Assembly: GCA_015075645.1 (NCBI GenBank)
Contig: JABTUF010000007.1
Location: 300,501 to 364,500 of the forward strand
DNA length: 64,000 nucleotides
Source: Burkholderiales bacterium
GTDB taxonomy: Bacteria; Pseudomonadota; Gammaproteobacteria; Burkholderiales; Casimicrobiaceae
Direction: 5' to 3'
Shown here: positions 43,432 through 54,698 of the stretch, piece after piece
How the letters are laid out: each line of letters starts with the position of its first letter
Position numbering within the stretch: position 1 is the first letter of the stretch
The notes under the pieces: model-generated
Told to the model about the DNA's origin: nothing
Databases searched by the model: none
The model's input: the letters and a program-made list of their open reading frames with translations, nothing else
Translations under genes and position numbers: made by a program

Positions 43432-44087
43432 TCGCGCGCGCCCGCGCGTTTCAGCCGCTCGACCAGCTGCTCGTCGTTGCCGCGCTTCGCCCAGTCGAGC
43501 GCCGAGGCGCCGTTCTCGTTGCGGCGGTTGACGTCGGCGCCGCGCGAGATCAGGAGCAGAGCGGTCGAGTAGCGGTTCTCGCGCACCGCCATCATCAGCG
43601 CGGTCGTGCCGTTCGGCGCCGCGGCGTTGATGTCGGCGCCTTCGCCCAGCAGCCAGCGGACGAGGTCGTCGTGGCCGCCGGTCGCCGCGTAGATGAGCGG
43701 CGTCCAGCCCCTCATGTTCACCTCGGCGCCCTTCTGGCGCAGCGCCTTGGCGATGCCGGCATGGCCGTTCAGCACCGCGAGCATGAGCGCGGTGTCGCCA
43801 TAGCGGTTGCGCTTGTCGACGTCGGCCTTCGCCGCGAGCAGCACCTCGACCACCGAAGCGCTGCCCGCACGCGCGGCCGCGACGATCACCGGGTCGCCGT
43901 TCGCGTCGACGCTGTTCGGATCGACGCCGCGCGCGAGGATCGCCTTCACCTGGTCGCCACGGTCGTTCGCCGCGGCGATGGAGAGGTCCTCGAGGAGTTG
44001 CTGGGCCGACGCCGGAGGCGCGAACGCGAGCATGAGCGCCAGCACGGCAGGCAGGACGGCGGAGATGCGTCGTAGGTCAAAGGACAT
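43428..44087 (-). CDS. secreted ankyrin-repeat protein
   Basis: 219-aa ORF with a signal peptide and 4-5 ANK repeats (GDTALMLAVLNGH, GWTPLIYAATGGH, GTTALMMAV...). Confidence 0.8.
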   Translation of the reverse strand: MSFDLRRISAVLPAVLALMLAFAPPASAQQLLEDLSIAAANDRGDQVKAILARGVDPNSVDANGDPVIVAAARAGSASVVEVLLAAKADVDKRNRYGDTALMLAVLNGHAGIAKALRQKGAEVNMRGWTPLIYAATGGHDDLVRWLLGEGADINAAAPNGTTALMMAVRENRYSTALLLISRGADVNRRNENGASALDWAKRGNDEQLVERLKRAGARD

Positions 44088-44853
44088 GGGGGTCGATCCT
44101 GAACAGTCGGAAGAAATTGGCGGAGGTCGCGTTCGCGATCGCGGCCACGTCGGCCTCGCGCAGTCGCGCGATCGCCTCGGCGACGTGCACCACCCACGCG
44201 GGCTCGTTCGTCCTGCCCCGATGAGGCACCGGCGCGAGGTAGGGACTGTCGGTCTCGACCAGCATCCGTTCCAGCGGCACGCGTTTCGCGACCTCGTGGA
44301 GGTCGCGCGCGTTCCGGAACGACACGATGCCCGAGAACGAAATGTGGAATCCGAGATCGAGCGCGGCGGAGGCCACCTCCCACGACTCGGTGAAGCAGTG
44401 CATGACGCCGCCGACCTCGTGCGCGCGCTCCTCGCGCATGATCGCGAGCGTGTCGTCCGCGGCGCTCCGCGTGTGGATCACCAGCGGCTTGCCTGACTCG
44501 CGCGCCGCGCGGATGTGGGTGCGGAAGCGCGAACGCTGCCACTCGAGATTCCCGCTGAGCCGGTAATAGTCGAGTCCCGTCTCGCCGATCGCGACGACCT
44601 TCGCGCGCGACGCCCGTTCGACGAGCGTCGCCACGTCGGGCTCGACCGTGTCCGGATAGTCGGGATGCGTGCCGACGGTCGCGTACAGGTTCGCATGCTC
44701 CGCGGCGAGCGCATGCACCCGCGGCCAGTCGGGCAGGTCGACCGAGATGCACAGCGCATGCGTCACCCGCGCTTCGCGCATGGCCCGAAGCTTCGCGGGC
44801 AGGTCGCCCGCGAGTTCGGGAAAGTCGAGGTGGCAGTGCGAATCGACGAACAC
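44077..44853 (-). CDS. tatD: TatD-family metal-dependent hydrolase
   Basis: A GTG start at 44853 gives VFVDSHCHLDFPEL. The ORF opens at 44937, but that extension only translates the heptamer repeat. Confidence 0.85.
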   Translation of the reverse strand: MFVDSHCHLDFPELAGDLPAKLRAMREARVTHALCISVDLPDWPRVHALAAEHANLYATVGTHPDYPDTVEPDVATLVERASRAKVVAIGETGLDYYRLSGNLEWQRSRFRTHIRAARESGKPLVIHTRSAADDTLAIMREERAHEVGGVMHCFTESWEVASAALDLGFHISFSGIVSFRNARDLHEVAKRVPLERMLVETDSPYLAPVPHRGRTNEPAWVVHVAEAIARLREADVAAIANATSANFFRLFRIDPHVL

Positions 44854-44856
44854 GGC

Positions 44857-44967
44857 AGTTGTCAGTTGACAGTTGTCAGTTGTCAGTGGTTCGGCGCGGA
44901 TGCGCGGCACGCAGGCACGGTGCGCAGTTGCTGACAACTGTCAACTGTCAACTGACAACTGACAACT
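44857..44967. repeat. palindromic element: 4 x AGTTG(T/A)C heptamers, 45-nt spacer, 5 x G(A/T)CAACT heptamers
   Basis: Left arm 44857-44884 and right arm 44933-44967, read directly. The arms can pair over 28 bp with one mismatch. The element fills the pilZ-tatD spacer and overlaps the pilZ stop. Confidence 0.75.
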
Positions 44968-45343
44968 ACAACGTATGGGTCGGTCGCGAGGACGCGAGGG
45001 TCTCGCCCAGGATCTTCTCGATCGCGGCGCGGGCGGCGGCGCCGGTCTCGTCGAGCGTGAACTGGACGCCGATGCCCTGGGTCCGGCTGCCCTGCACCCC
45101 CTCCGGCGTGATCCACACGACCTTGCCCTGCACCGCGATGCGGTTGGGATCGTCCATCAGCGACAGAAGCATGAACACTTCCTCGCCGAGCGCATAGGAA
45201 CGGGAGGTGGGAATGAAGATGCCGCCCCCCTTGAGGAACGGCATGTAGGCGGCGTAGAGCGCCGCCTTCTCGCGGATGTTGAGCGACAGCACGCCGGGGC
45301 GCGCGGCGCCCGCCTGTGCGGCGGCATGCTTGGGATCGGCCAT
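44966..45343 (-). CDS. pilZ: PilZ-domain type IV pilus assembly protein
   Basis: MADPKHAAAQ...VLSLNIREKAALYAAYMPFLKGGGIFIPT...GIGVQF inside ORF 44966..46108. Its position matches the holB-pilZ-tatD synteny. Confidence 0.8.
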   Translation of the reverse strand: MADPKHAAAQAGAARPGVLSLNIREKAALYAAYMPFLKGGGIFIPTSRSYALGEEVFMLLSLMDDPNRIAVQGKVVWITPEGVQGSRTQGIGVQFTLDETGAAARAAIEKILGETLASSRPTHTL

Positions 45344-45345
45344 GG

Positions 45346-48132
<2,787 letters not shown>

Positions 48133-48166
48133 CGGGGCGCGCGGGTGCGGCGATTATAATCGGCGC

Positions 48167-48604
48167 ATGCCGCACTCCCCCGCACGCCGTGCCCGCGGCT
48201 TCACGCTGATCGAGATCATGGTCGTGATCGTGATCCTGGGCGTGCTCGCGGCGCTCGTCGTGCCTCGGGTGCTCGACCGTCCCGAAGAGGCGCGGCGCGT
48301 CGCGGCGAAGTCGGACATCGCCGCGATCGTCGGCGCGCTCAAGCTCTACCGCCTCGACAACACGCGCTACCCGACCGGCGAGCAGGGCCTCGTCGCGCTC
48401 GTGACCCGTCCCGACCAACCGCCGGTGCCGGGCAACTGGAAACCCGGCGGCTACCTCGAGAAGCTGCCGAAGGACCCGTGGGGCCGCGCGTACAGATACC
48501 TCAATCCCGGCCTCAAGGGCGAGATCGACGTCTACAGCACCGGAGCCGACGGCGAGCCGGGCGGCACCGGGCCGGACGCCGACATCGGGTCGTGGGACGA
48601 CTGA
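48167..48604 (+). CDS. gspG: type II secretion major pseudopilin GspG
   Basis: Prepilin leader and ARGFTLIEIMVVIVILGVLAALVVP, then DPWGRAYRY, inside ORF 47996..48604. Confidence 0.9.
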   Translation: MPHSPARRARGFTLIEIMVVIVILGVLAALVVPRVLDRPEEARRVAAKSDIAAIVGALKLYRLDNTRYPTGEQGLVALVTRPDQPPVPGNWKPGGYLEKLPKDPWGRAYRYLNPGLKGEIDVYSTGADGEPGGTGPDADIGSWDD

Positions 48605-49107
48605 CCACAGGCGTCTTTGCACGATCCCGCCGGCCGGGGGCCGGGTTCACGCTGGTCGAAATCCTGATCGCGCTCGCGATCGTCGCGATCGCGTCGTCCG
48701 CGGCCTGGCTCGCGTGGCGCTCCGGCGACGATGCGTCGCTGCGTCGCGAGGCCGATCGCTTCGCCGGCGCGATCGAGTACGCGGCCGAACGCGCGCAGTG
48801 GCGGCACGAGGACCTCGGCGTCAGCACCACGCCGCAGGGGTGGCGCTTCTGGCGCCGCGACAACGATCGGGGCGAGTGGCTGCCGGTCGCCGGCGACGAC
48901 GTCCTGGCCGCGCGCGACCTTCCCGAGGGCACGACGATCGTCGCCTCGTCGGTCGCGGGACGGCCGATCGCGCCGGGTGCGCCGGTTCCGCTCCGCGCGA
49001 GCGGCCGAAACGATCCGTCGAGCTTCGTGTTCGCGTCGGGAGACCTGCGCGTGCGCGTCGACACCGACCCGCTGAACCGCGTCGCCGTGACGAAGGAGGC
49101 GCAGTGA
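48592..49107 (+). CDS. gspH: type II secretion minor pseudopilin GspH (start uncertain)
   Basis: GAGFTLVEILIALAIVAI inside ORF 48478..49107. The position after gspG supports the call. Confidence 0.65.
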   Translation: MGRLTTGVFARSRRPGAGFTLVEILIALAIVAIASSAAWLAWRSGDDASLRREADRFAGAIEYAAERAQWRHEDLGVSTTPQGWRFWRRDNDRGEWLPVAGDDVLAARDLPEGTTIVASSVAGRPIAPGAPVPLRASGRNDPSSFVFASGDLRVRVDTDPLNRVAVTKEAQ

Positions 49108-49484
49108 CGCGCCGCACGCCGCGCGGCTTCACGCTGGTGGAGATCCTCGTCGCGCTCGCGGTCGTCGCGGTCGCGCTCGCCGCCGGCATGCGCGCGCTCG
49201 CGCAATCGGCCGACGGCGCCGGAACGCTCAAGGCGCGCACGCTCGCGATGTGGGTCGCGCAGAATCGGTTGGCGGCGGCGCACCTCGCCGAAGCGCTGCC
49301 CTCGACCGGGGAGCGGAGCGGCGCGGCGGTCCAGGCGAACCAGGCGTTCGTCTGGCGCGAGAAGGTGGGCGGCACCCCGAACCCGGCCTTCCGGCGCATC
49401 GACATCGAGGTCGCCGCGTCCGACGAGCCCGCCTACGTGCTCGCGCGCCTGACCGGCTACATCGCGGGCACGCCGCCGCCGTGA
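49104..49484 (+). CDS. gspI: type II secretion minor pseudopilin GspI
   Basis: The GTG start overlaps the gspH stop. Contains PRGFTLVEILVALAVVAV. Confidence 0.7.
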   Translation: MTRRTPRGFTLVEILVALAVVAVALAAGMRALAQSADGAGTLKARTLAMWVAQNRLAAAHLAEALPSTGERSGAAVQANQAFVWREKVGGTPNPAFRRIDIEVAASDEPAYVLARLTGYIAGTPPP

Positions 49485-50074
49485 GCCCGCGTCGCGACCG
49501 ACGCCAAGGCGCGCGCGGCTTCACGCTGGTGGAGATCCTCGTCGCGCTCGCGGTGCTCGCAGTGCTCGCGACCTTCGCGTGGCGCGCCACCGCGTCGCTC
49601 GTCGACGGCGAAGCGCGGCTCACCGGCGAGGCGAAGCGCTGGCAGGCGCTCGACGCGCTGTTCGCCCGCATCGAGGGCGACGTGGCCGCCGCGCTGCCGC
49701 GCGCGGTGCGCGTGCCGGGCGGCCGCGAGAGTGCGTGGCAGGGCACGGTCGATGCGAACGGGCAGTCGACGTTCGCGTTCACGCGCGCGGGCAGCGACCC
49801 GGGCGCGGAAGGCACGAGGATCGCCTATCGCCTGGCCGGCGACACCGTCGAGATCGCGTACTGGCCGCGCCTCGACCGTGCCGCGAGCGCCAGGCCCGCG
49901 CGCTACGCGCTCGTCGGCGGCATCTCGCGCTTCGAGGCGCGCTACGCCGACGACGACGGCGAGTGGACCGACCGCTGGTCGCCGCCGCGCCGAAACGAAC
50001 TGCCCGCGGCCGTCGCGATCACGCTGACGCTCGCCGAAGGCGGACGCATCGAGCGCGTGATGGTGCTGCGATGA
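49481..50074 (+). CDS. gspJ: type II secretion minor pseudopilin GspJ
   Basis: The GTG start overlaps the gspI stop. Contains ARGFTLVEILVALAVLAV. Confidence 0.7.
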   Translation: MSPRRDRRQGARGFTLVEILVALAVLAVLATFAWRATASLVDGEARLTGEAKRWQALDALFARIEGDVAAALPRAVRVPGGRESAWQGTVDANGQSTFAFTRAGSDPGAEGTRIAYRLAGDTVEIAYWPRLDRAASARPARYALVGGISRFEARYADDDGEWTDRWSPPRRNELPAAVAITLTLAEGGRIERVMVLR

Positions 50075-50982
50075 CGCCGGGCCGACAGCGAGGCGCGGCG
50101 CTCGTGGTCGCGATGCTCGTCGCGGCGATCGCCGCGGCCGTCGCGACGACGCTCGTCGTCGACGGTTCGCGCTGGCAGGCCGTCGTCGAAGGACGCCGCG
50201 ACCACGCACGCGCGGCCTCGCTCGCGTCGGCCGGCGTCCAGTGGGCGCGGCAGGCGCTCGCCGACGACGCGGCGCAGGGCACGATCGACCACCTGGACGA
50301 GCCCTGGGCGATTCCGCTGCCGGCCACGCCGGTCGAAGGCGGCAGCGTCGAAGGCCGGATCGAGGACGCGCAAGCGCGCCTCAACCTCAACGCGGCCGCC
50401 GGCGAGGACGCGTCATCCGCACGCGCCCGCGAACGCCTCGCGGCCCTCTTCGCGCGCCGCGGCGTCGACCCGGGACTCGTCGATGCGCTCGCCGACTGGA
50501 TCGACGCCGACGGCACGGTGCGCGAGCACGGCGCCGAGGACGACGCGTACGGACGGGACGACGGCGTCGCCGCCAATGCGCCGCTCGCGCGCGCCGACGA
50601 ACTCGCGGCCGTGCGCGGATTCACGCCGGCGGTCGTCGCCCGCGTGGCCGGAGCCGTGGTCGCGCTTCCCGCCGAGTCGACGCTCAACGTCAATACCGCG
50701 CCCGCCGACGTGCTGGCCGCGATCCTGCCCGCGCTCGACGCCGAAGCCCTCGCGTCGGTCGTCGCGATGCGCCGGGCGAAGCCGTTCGCTTCCGTCGACG
50801 ACTTCCGCGCGCGCGTCGCGCGCGAGTTTCCGGCGCCGGACACGACCGGCCTCGGTGTCGCGAGCCGGTACTTCCTCGTGTCCGTCCGCGCGCGACAGGG
50901 CGAAGCGGTGGTGCTCGCCCGGGCGCTCGTGGTGCGCGACGGTCGCGCCATGCCGCGGGTCGCATGGCAGGTTCTCGACTGA
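50071..50982 (+). CDS. gspK: type II secretion minor pseudopilin GspK
   Basis: MTPGRQRGAALVVAMLVAAI...IEDAQARLNLN...STLNVNTAPADVLAAI inside ORF 49579..50982. Confidence 0.7.
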   Translation: MTPGRQRGAALVVAMLVAAIAAAVATTLVVDGSRWQAVVEGRRDHARAASLASAGVQWARQALADDAAQGTIDHLDEPWAIPLPATPVEGGSVEGRIEDAQARLNLNAAAGEDASSARARERLAALFARRGVDPGLVDALADWIDADGTVREHGAEDDAYGRDDGVAANAPLARADELAAVRGFTPAVVARVAGAVVALPAESTLNVNTAPADVLAAILPALDAEALASVVAMRRAKPFASVDDFRARVAREFPAPDTTGLGVASRYFLVSVRARQGEAVVLARALVVRDGRAMPRVAWQVLD

Positions 50983-51101
50983 CCGGTCGACCGCATGACG
51001 CCGCGTCCGCCGATCGGCCACCCCCTCGCCCGCGCCCCGCGCTCGCGCCGCCGTGCCGCGCGAGGCGACGGAGCCGCGCGCCTCATCTACACTTGCGCGC
51101 C

Positions 51102-52310
51102 ATGACCACGCTGCGCGTCCTTTTGCCCTCGCCGTTCGATCCCGCGGCCGACGCGCGCTGGTGGCGAGCGAGCGACGACGGTCGCCTGCTCGACCGCGGT
51201 CTCGCGCCGCCGGGCGACTGGCCCCGCGCGGATCGCATCGAGGTCGCGGTCGCGGCTTCCGACGTGCGGTGGGTCGCCCTGGCGCTGCCGCCGATGAGCG
51301 ACACGAGACGCGCGGGAGCGGCGGCGTTCGCGCTGGACGACCAGATCGCCGCTCCGGTCGAGGCGTCGCATCTGCATCTCTCCTCGCCCGCGGGCGCCGC
51401 CGGCGCAACGATCGCCCGCGTCGTCGACCGGGCGACGATCTCATGGCTCGCCGAGCGGCGACCGGCCATTGATCGCGCGGTCGCCGAGCCCGACCTCGCG
51501 CCGGCCGACGGCGCATGGCATTGGTGCGAGAACGGCGCCGGACGAGGGTTCGTCAAGCGGCCCGACGGTTGTGCGTTCGCGACTAGCGCCGGCATCGACG
51601 GCGCGCTGCCGGCCGAACTGCGCATCGCGCTCGCCCGCGCACGGCAGGAGTCCGCACCGGGGACGCCGCGCATCGTGGTCGACGCCGACGTCGCGCCCGC
51701 ACAGTTGGACGCCTGGTCGCAGGCCACCGGCGCTGCGTTCGTGCGCGGCACGGCGTGGTCGCCGGAGCGCGTGCCCGCCCGCGCCTGGCGCGACGCGCCC
51801 GACCTTCGCGACGGCTTCGCCGCGACGTCGGCCACGACCGGTTCGATCGCGAAGGCGTTCGTGCCCGCCGCCGTGCTGCTCGCCGCCGCGCTGGCGTTGC
51901 ACGTCGTGGCCACCCTCGGCGGCTGGCTCCACGACCGCTACGCCGCCTGGCGCGCCGACCGTGCGGTCGTCGAACTCGCGCGCGACGCGTGGATCGATGG
52001 CGTGTCCGACGCGGCGACCGCGGAGCGGGCGCTGGCGAAGCGTGCCGCCTCCGTGTTGCATGCCTCCGCCCGCATCGCGGACGACGACTTCCTGTCGCTC
52101 CTCGCCCGCGCCGCGCCCGCGCTCTCGGCGCTGCCGCCGGGCACGCTGCGCAAGCTCACCTACGGCGACGGGCGGCTCGTCGCGGAACTCGGGGGCCTCG
52201 ACGATTCCCGCGTCTCCACGCTCGTCCGTGAACTCGCCGGCGCTGGACTCGCACCGGTCGCCGCTCCGGTCGGCGGCGGCGTGCGCCTCGCCCTGTCGAT
52301 GGGTTCCTGA
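51102..52310 (+). CDS. gspL: type II secretion protein GspL
   Basis: 402-aa segment of ORF 50241..52310 with a single central TM segment. Position and size fit GspL. Confidence 0.55.
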   Translation: MTTLRVLLPSPFDPAADARWWRASDDGRLLDRGLAPPGDWPRADRIEVAVAASDVRWVALALPPMSDTRRAGAAAFALDDQIAAPVEASHLHLSSPAGAAGATIARVVDRATISWLAERRPAIDRAVAEPDLAPADGAWHWCENGAGRGFVKRPDGCAFATSAGIDGALPAELRIALARARQESAPGTPRIVVDADVAPAQLDAWSQATGAAFVRGTAWSPERVPARAWRDAPDLRDGFAATSATTGSIAKAFVPAAVLLAAALALHVVATLGGWLHDRYAAWRADRAVVELARDAWIDGVSDAATAERALAKRAASVLHASARIADDDFLSLLARAAPALSALPPGTLRKLTYGDGRLVAELGGLDDSRVSTLVRELAGAGLAPVAAPVGGGVRLALSMGS

Positions 52311-52783
52311 TGGCCACCGGCGCGCTGCGGGAACGCTGGTACTCGCTCGCAGCACGAGAGCGGCGCTTCGTCGTCCTGGGTGTGCTCGTCGTCGGCGCCG
52401 CGCTCGCCCATGGGGTGCTGTGGCGGCCGGTCGTTGCCGACCTTCCCCGCGCCGAGCGCGAGGCAATCCGCGCCGAAACGCGGCTCGCGCACGCACGCGC
52501 CGCCGCGCTCACGGGCGGCGCCCGAGGCGAAGCGCCGGCGCGCGAACCGCTGGACGGCACGGTTCGCGCGGCGCTCGCGCGCGCCGGCGTCGCCCCCGCC
52601 GACGCCACGCTGGACTCGACTCCTGGCCGCGCGACGCTCGTGCTCCCGTCGGTGCGCTTCGACACGCTGGTGGCCCTGCTCGACGCGCTCGCGCGCGAGG
52701 CCGCCGTCCACGTCGTCGACGCGACGATCGCCGCGCGCGTCGAGCCGGGCCGCGTTCGCGCGGAACTCACGCTGTCACGCTGA
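52310..52783 (+). CDS. gspM: type II secretion protein GspM
   Basis: 157-aa ORF with an N-terminal TM segment. The start overlaps the gspL stop. Confidence 0.55.
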   Translation: MATGALRERWYSLAARERRFVVLGVLVVGAALAHGVLWRPVVADLPRAEREAIRAETRLAHARAAALTGGARGEAPAREPLDGTVRAALARAGVAPADATLDSTPGRATLVLPSVRFDTLVALLDALAREAAVHVVDATIAARVEPGRVRAELTLSR

Positions 52784-52790
52784 CGCCCCG

Positions 52791-53546
52791 ATGGGCCGAC
52801 TCTCCGCGCTCGTGCTGTTCGCGCTCGTCGTCGCGGTGACGGTGCTCGCGCTGCAGGCGCCCGCCGCATGGTTCGTGCACCGGCTCGCCGCCGCGCTCGG
52901 CGGATCGGTGCGGATCCTGGATGCCGAGGGCACCGTGTGGAACGGGCGCGGCATCCTCGCGAGTCCCGACGGCCGCTGGAAGGTGCCGGTCGGATGGCAC
53001 CTGCGGGCGGCACCGCTCCTGCGCGGCGAGGTCGAGGTGGAACTCGAACCGCAGCAGGGCCGGGACACGCCGCGAGGTGTGCTCCGGCTGTCGCGCTCCG
53101 GAGTCGCGGCACGGGGACTCGTCGTCGACCTGCCCGCCTCCGCGCTGTCGAGCGCCTTCGCCGGCGAGGCCCCCGTCGCGTTCGGGGGTTCGATCCGCAT
53201 CGACGCCCGAGACGTCGACATCGAAGGCAATGCGGGTCGCGGCACCGTCGCGGCGCACTGGGAACGCGCACGGCTCGGCGCCGCCGACGGCACGAGCGTC
53301 GCGCTCGGAGTCGTGCGCGCCACGTTCACGCCGCGCGACGGCGTGCTGGCCGGCACGATCGGCAACGAGGGGGGTGAGGTCGCGGTCGACGGCACGATGA
53401 CGCTCTCCGCCGGCGGCATCACGCTCGACGCATCGCTCGTGCCGCGCGGGGGCGCCGGCGATTCGACCGCGCGCGTCCTGGGTCAACTGGGCCCGGTCGA
53501 CGGGCACGGCGCGGTCCGCCTGCGCTGGATCTCCGAGCGACGGTAG
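52791..53546 (+). CDS. gspN: type II secretion protein GspN
   Basis: Starts MGRLSALVLFALVVAV inside ORF 52380..53546. It is the last gene of the gsp run. Confidence 0.5.
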   Translation: MGRLSALVLFALVVAVTVLALQAPAAWFVHRLAAALGGSVRILDAEGTVWNGRGILASPDGRWKVPVGWHLRAAPLLRGEVEVELEPQQGRDTPRGVLRLSRSGVAARGLVVDLPASALSSAFAGEAPVAFGGSIRIDARDVDIEGNAGRGTVAAHWERARLGAADGTSVALGVVRATFTPRDGVLAGTIGNEGGEVAVDGTMTLSAGGITLDASLVPRGGAGDSTARVLGQLGPVDGHGAVRLRWISERR

Positions 53547-54292
53547 TGAGTACCCGACGCGCGCGGCGCGCCACGCGGGCGGCCGCGCCTGTGCGCTTCG
53601 CCTCGCTCGACGCGCTGCGCGGCGTCGCGATCGTCGCGATGATCGGCTACCACTTCTCGTTCGATCTCGCCCTGTTCCGCATCGCGCGCTTCGACTTCGA
53701 GCGCGAATGGTTCTGGCTCGTCGCCCGCGCCGTCATCGTGACCGCGTTCCTCGTCACCTCGGGCATCTCGCTCACGCTCGCGCGCGTGCAGGGCACCTCG
53801 GGCGCGAAGCGCTGGCGCCGGATCGCGCTCATCGCGGCGTGCGCCGCCACGGTCAGCGCGGCGAGCGCCCTCGCGTTCCCGCGCACCTGGATATCGTTCG
53901 GCATCCTGCACGCGATCGCCGTCGCCTCGGTGCTCGCCTGGCCGCTCACGCGCGCACCGCGGCTCGCGCTCGCATCCGGCATCGCCGCGATCGCCGCGGG
54001 ACTCGCGTTCTCTCATCCGGCGTTCGACACACGCGCGCTCTCGTGGATCGGCTTCACGACGGTGAAACCGCCGACCGAGGACTACGTGCCGCTCTTCCCC
54101 TGGCTCGGCGCCGTGCTCGTCGGCGTGTGGCTGGGGGCGATCCTCGCGAAGCGCTCCTTCGCGCCGCTCGCGGGGCTCGCGAAGGCACCGCGCGCGATCC
54201 AGTGGCTGGGTCGCCACAGCCTCGCCGTCTACATGCTCCACCAGCCGGTCCTCATCGGCGCGCTCGCGGTTGGACTGGGCAGGTGGCCGTGA
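53546..54292 (+). CDS. DUF1624 (heparan-alpha-glucosaminide N-acetyltransferase-like) membrane protein
   Basis: 248-aa polytopic ORF: RFASLDALRGVAIVAMIGYHFSFDL... Confidence 0.6.
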   Translation: MSTRRARRATRAAAPVRFASLDALRGVAIVAMIGYHFSFDLALFRIARFDFEREWFWLVARAVIVTAFLVTSGISLTLARVQGTSGAKRWRRIALIAACAATVSAASALAFPRTWISFGILHAIAVASVLAWPLTRAPRLALASGIAAIAAGLAFSHPAFDTRALSWIGFTTVKPPTEDYVPLFPWLGAVLVGVWLGAILAKRSFAPLAGLAKAPRAIQWLGRHSLAVYMLHQPVLIGALAVGLGRWP

Positions 54293-54294
54293 GC

Positions 54295-54434
54295 AGTTGT
54301 CAGTTGTCAGTTGTCAGTTGTCAGTGGCGGCGGAGTTTCCGGGGCGGCGCGTCAAGCGCCGGGTTCAGGAGTCAGGAGTCAGTTGACAGGTGACAGTAGC
54401 GGCGGAGTTTCTGGTGGCGGCGCATGAAGCGCCG
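54295..54434. repeat. composite repeat: 4 perfect AGTTGTC heptamers plus a 40-bp GC-hairpin unit, then 5 degenerate heptamers plus a 41-bp copy of the unit
   Basis: Heptamers at 54295-54322. Unit 1 at 54322-54361 (CAGTGGCGGCGGAGTTTCCGGGGCGGCGCGTCAAGCGCCG). Degenerate heptamers at 54365-54399. Unit 2 at 54394-54434. Confidence 0.75.
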
Positions 54435-54529
54435 ATGCCGTTTCTCGGCATGTCCGACCGCTGGAGACAGAATTACTGCGCGGCGGGTGCGGTGGCGGTG
54501 CCGGCGATCTGATATAGTGGAGGGCTATT

Positions 54530-54606
54530 AGGCGCGTAGCTCAGCTGGTTAGAGCACCACCTTGACATGGTGGGGGTCGTTGGTTCGAGTCCAATCGCGC
54601 CTACCA
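54530..54606 (+). tRNA. tRNA-Val (GAC)
   Basis: AGGCGCGTAGCTCAGCTGGTTAGAGCACCACCTTGACATGGTGGGGGTCGTTGGTTCGAGTCCAATCGCGCCTACCA. Confidence 0.9.
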
Positions 54607-54698
54607 TTTCCCTCGTCGCCGCCCGATTCCCGGGCGCGCGCGACTTTCCCTCAGGGCGATTCCCGCTGCCGCCGCGTGCGGTCCTGACGAAACGAGGC

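Noticed and set aside
44854-44937. Upstream extension of the tatD ORF (MSATAHRACVPRIRAEPLTTDNCQLTTA)
   Set aside because: It merely translates the heptamer repeat. TatD proteins begin at the xFVDSHCHLD motif, which is supplied by the GTG at 44853.
48155-48160. Perfect TATAAT 6 nt upstream of the gspG ATG, suggesting a leaderless transcript
   Set aside because: There is no acceptable -35 element at the right spacing. A single hexamer match is weak evidence.
54295-54434. CRISPR array
   Set aside because: The repeats are 7-nt tandem units and two ~40-bp units without unique spacers of CRISPR size. No cas genes are in the window.
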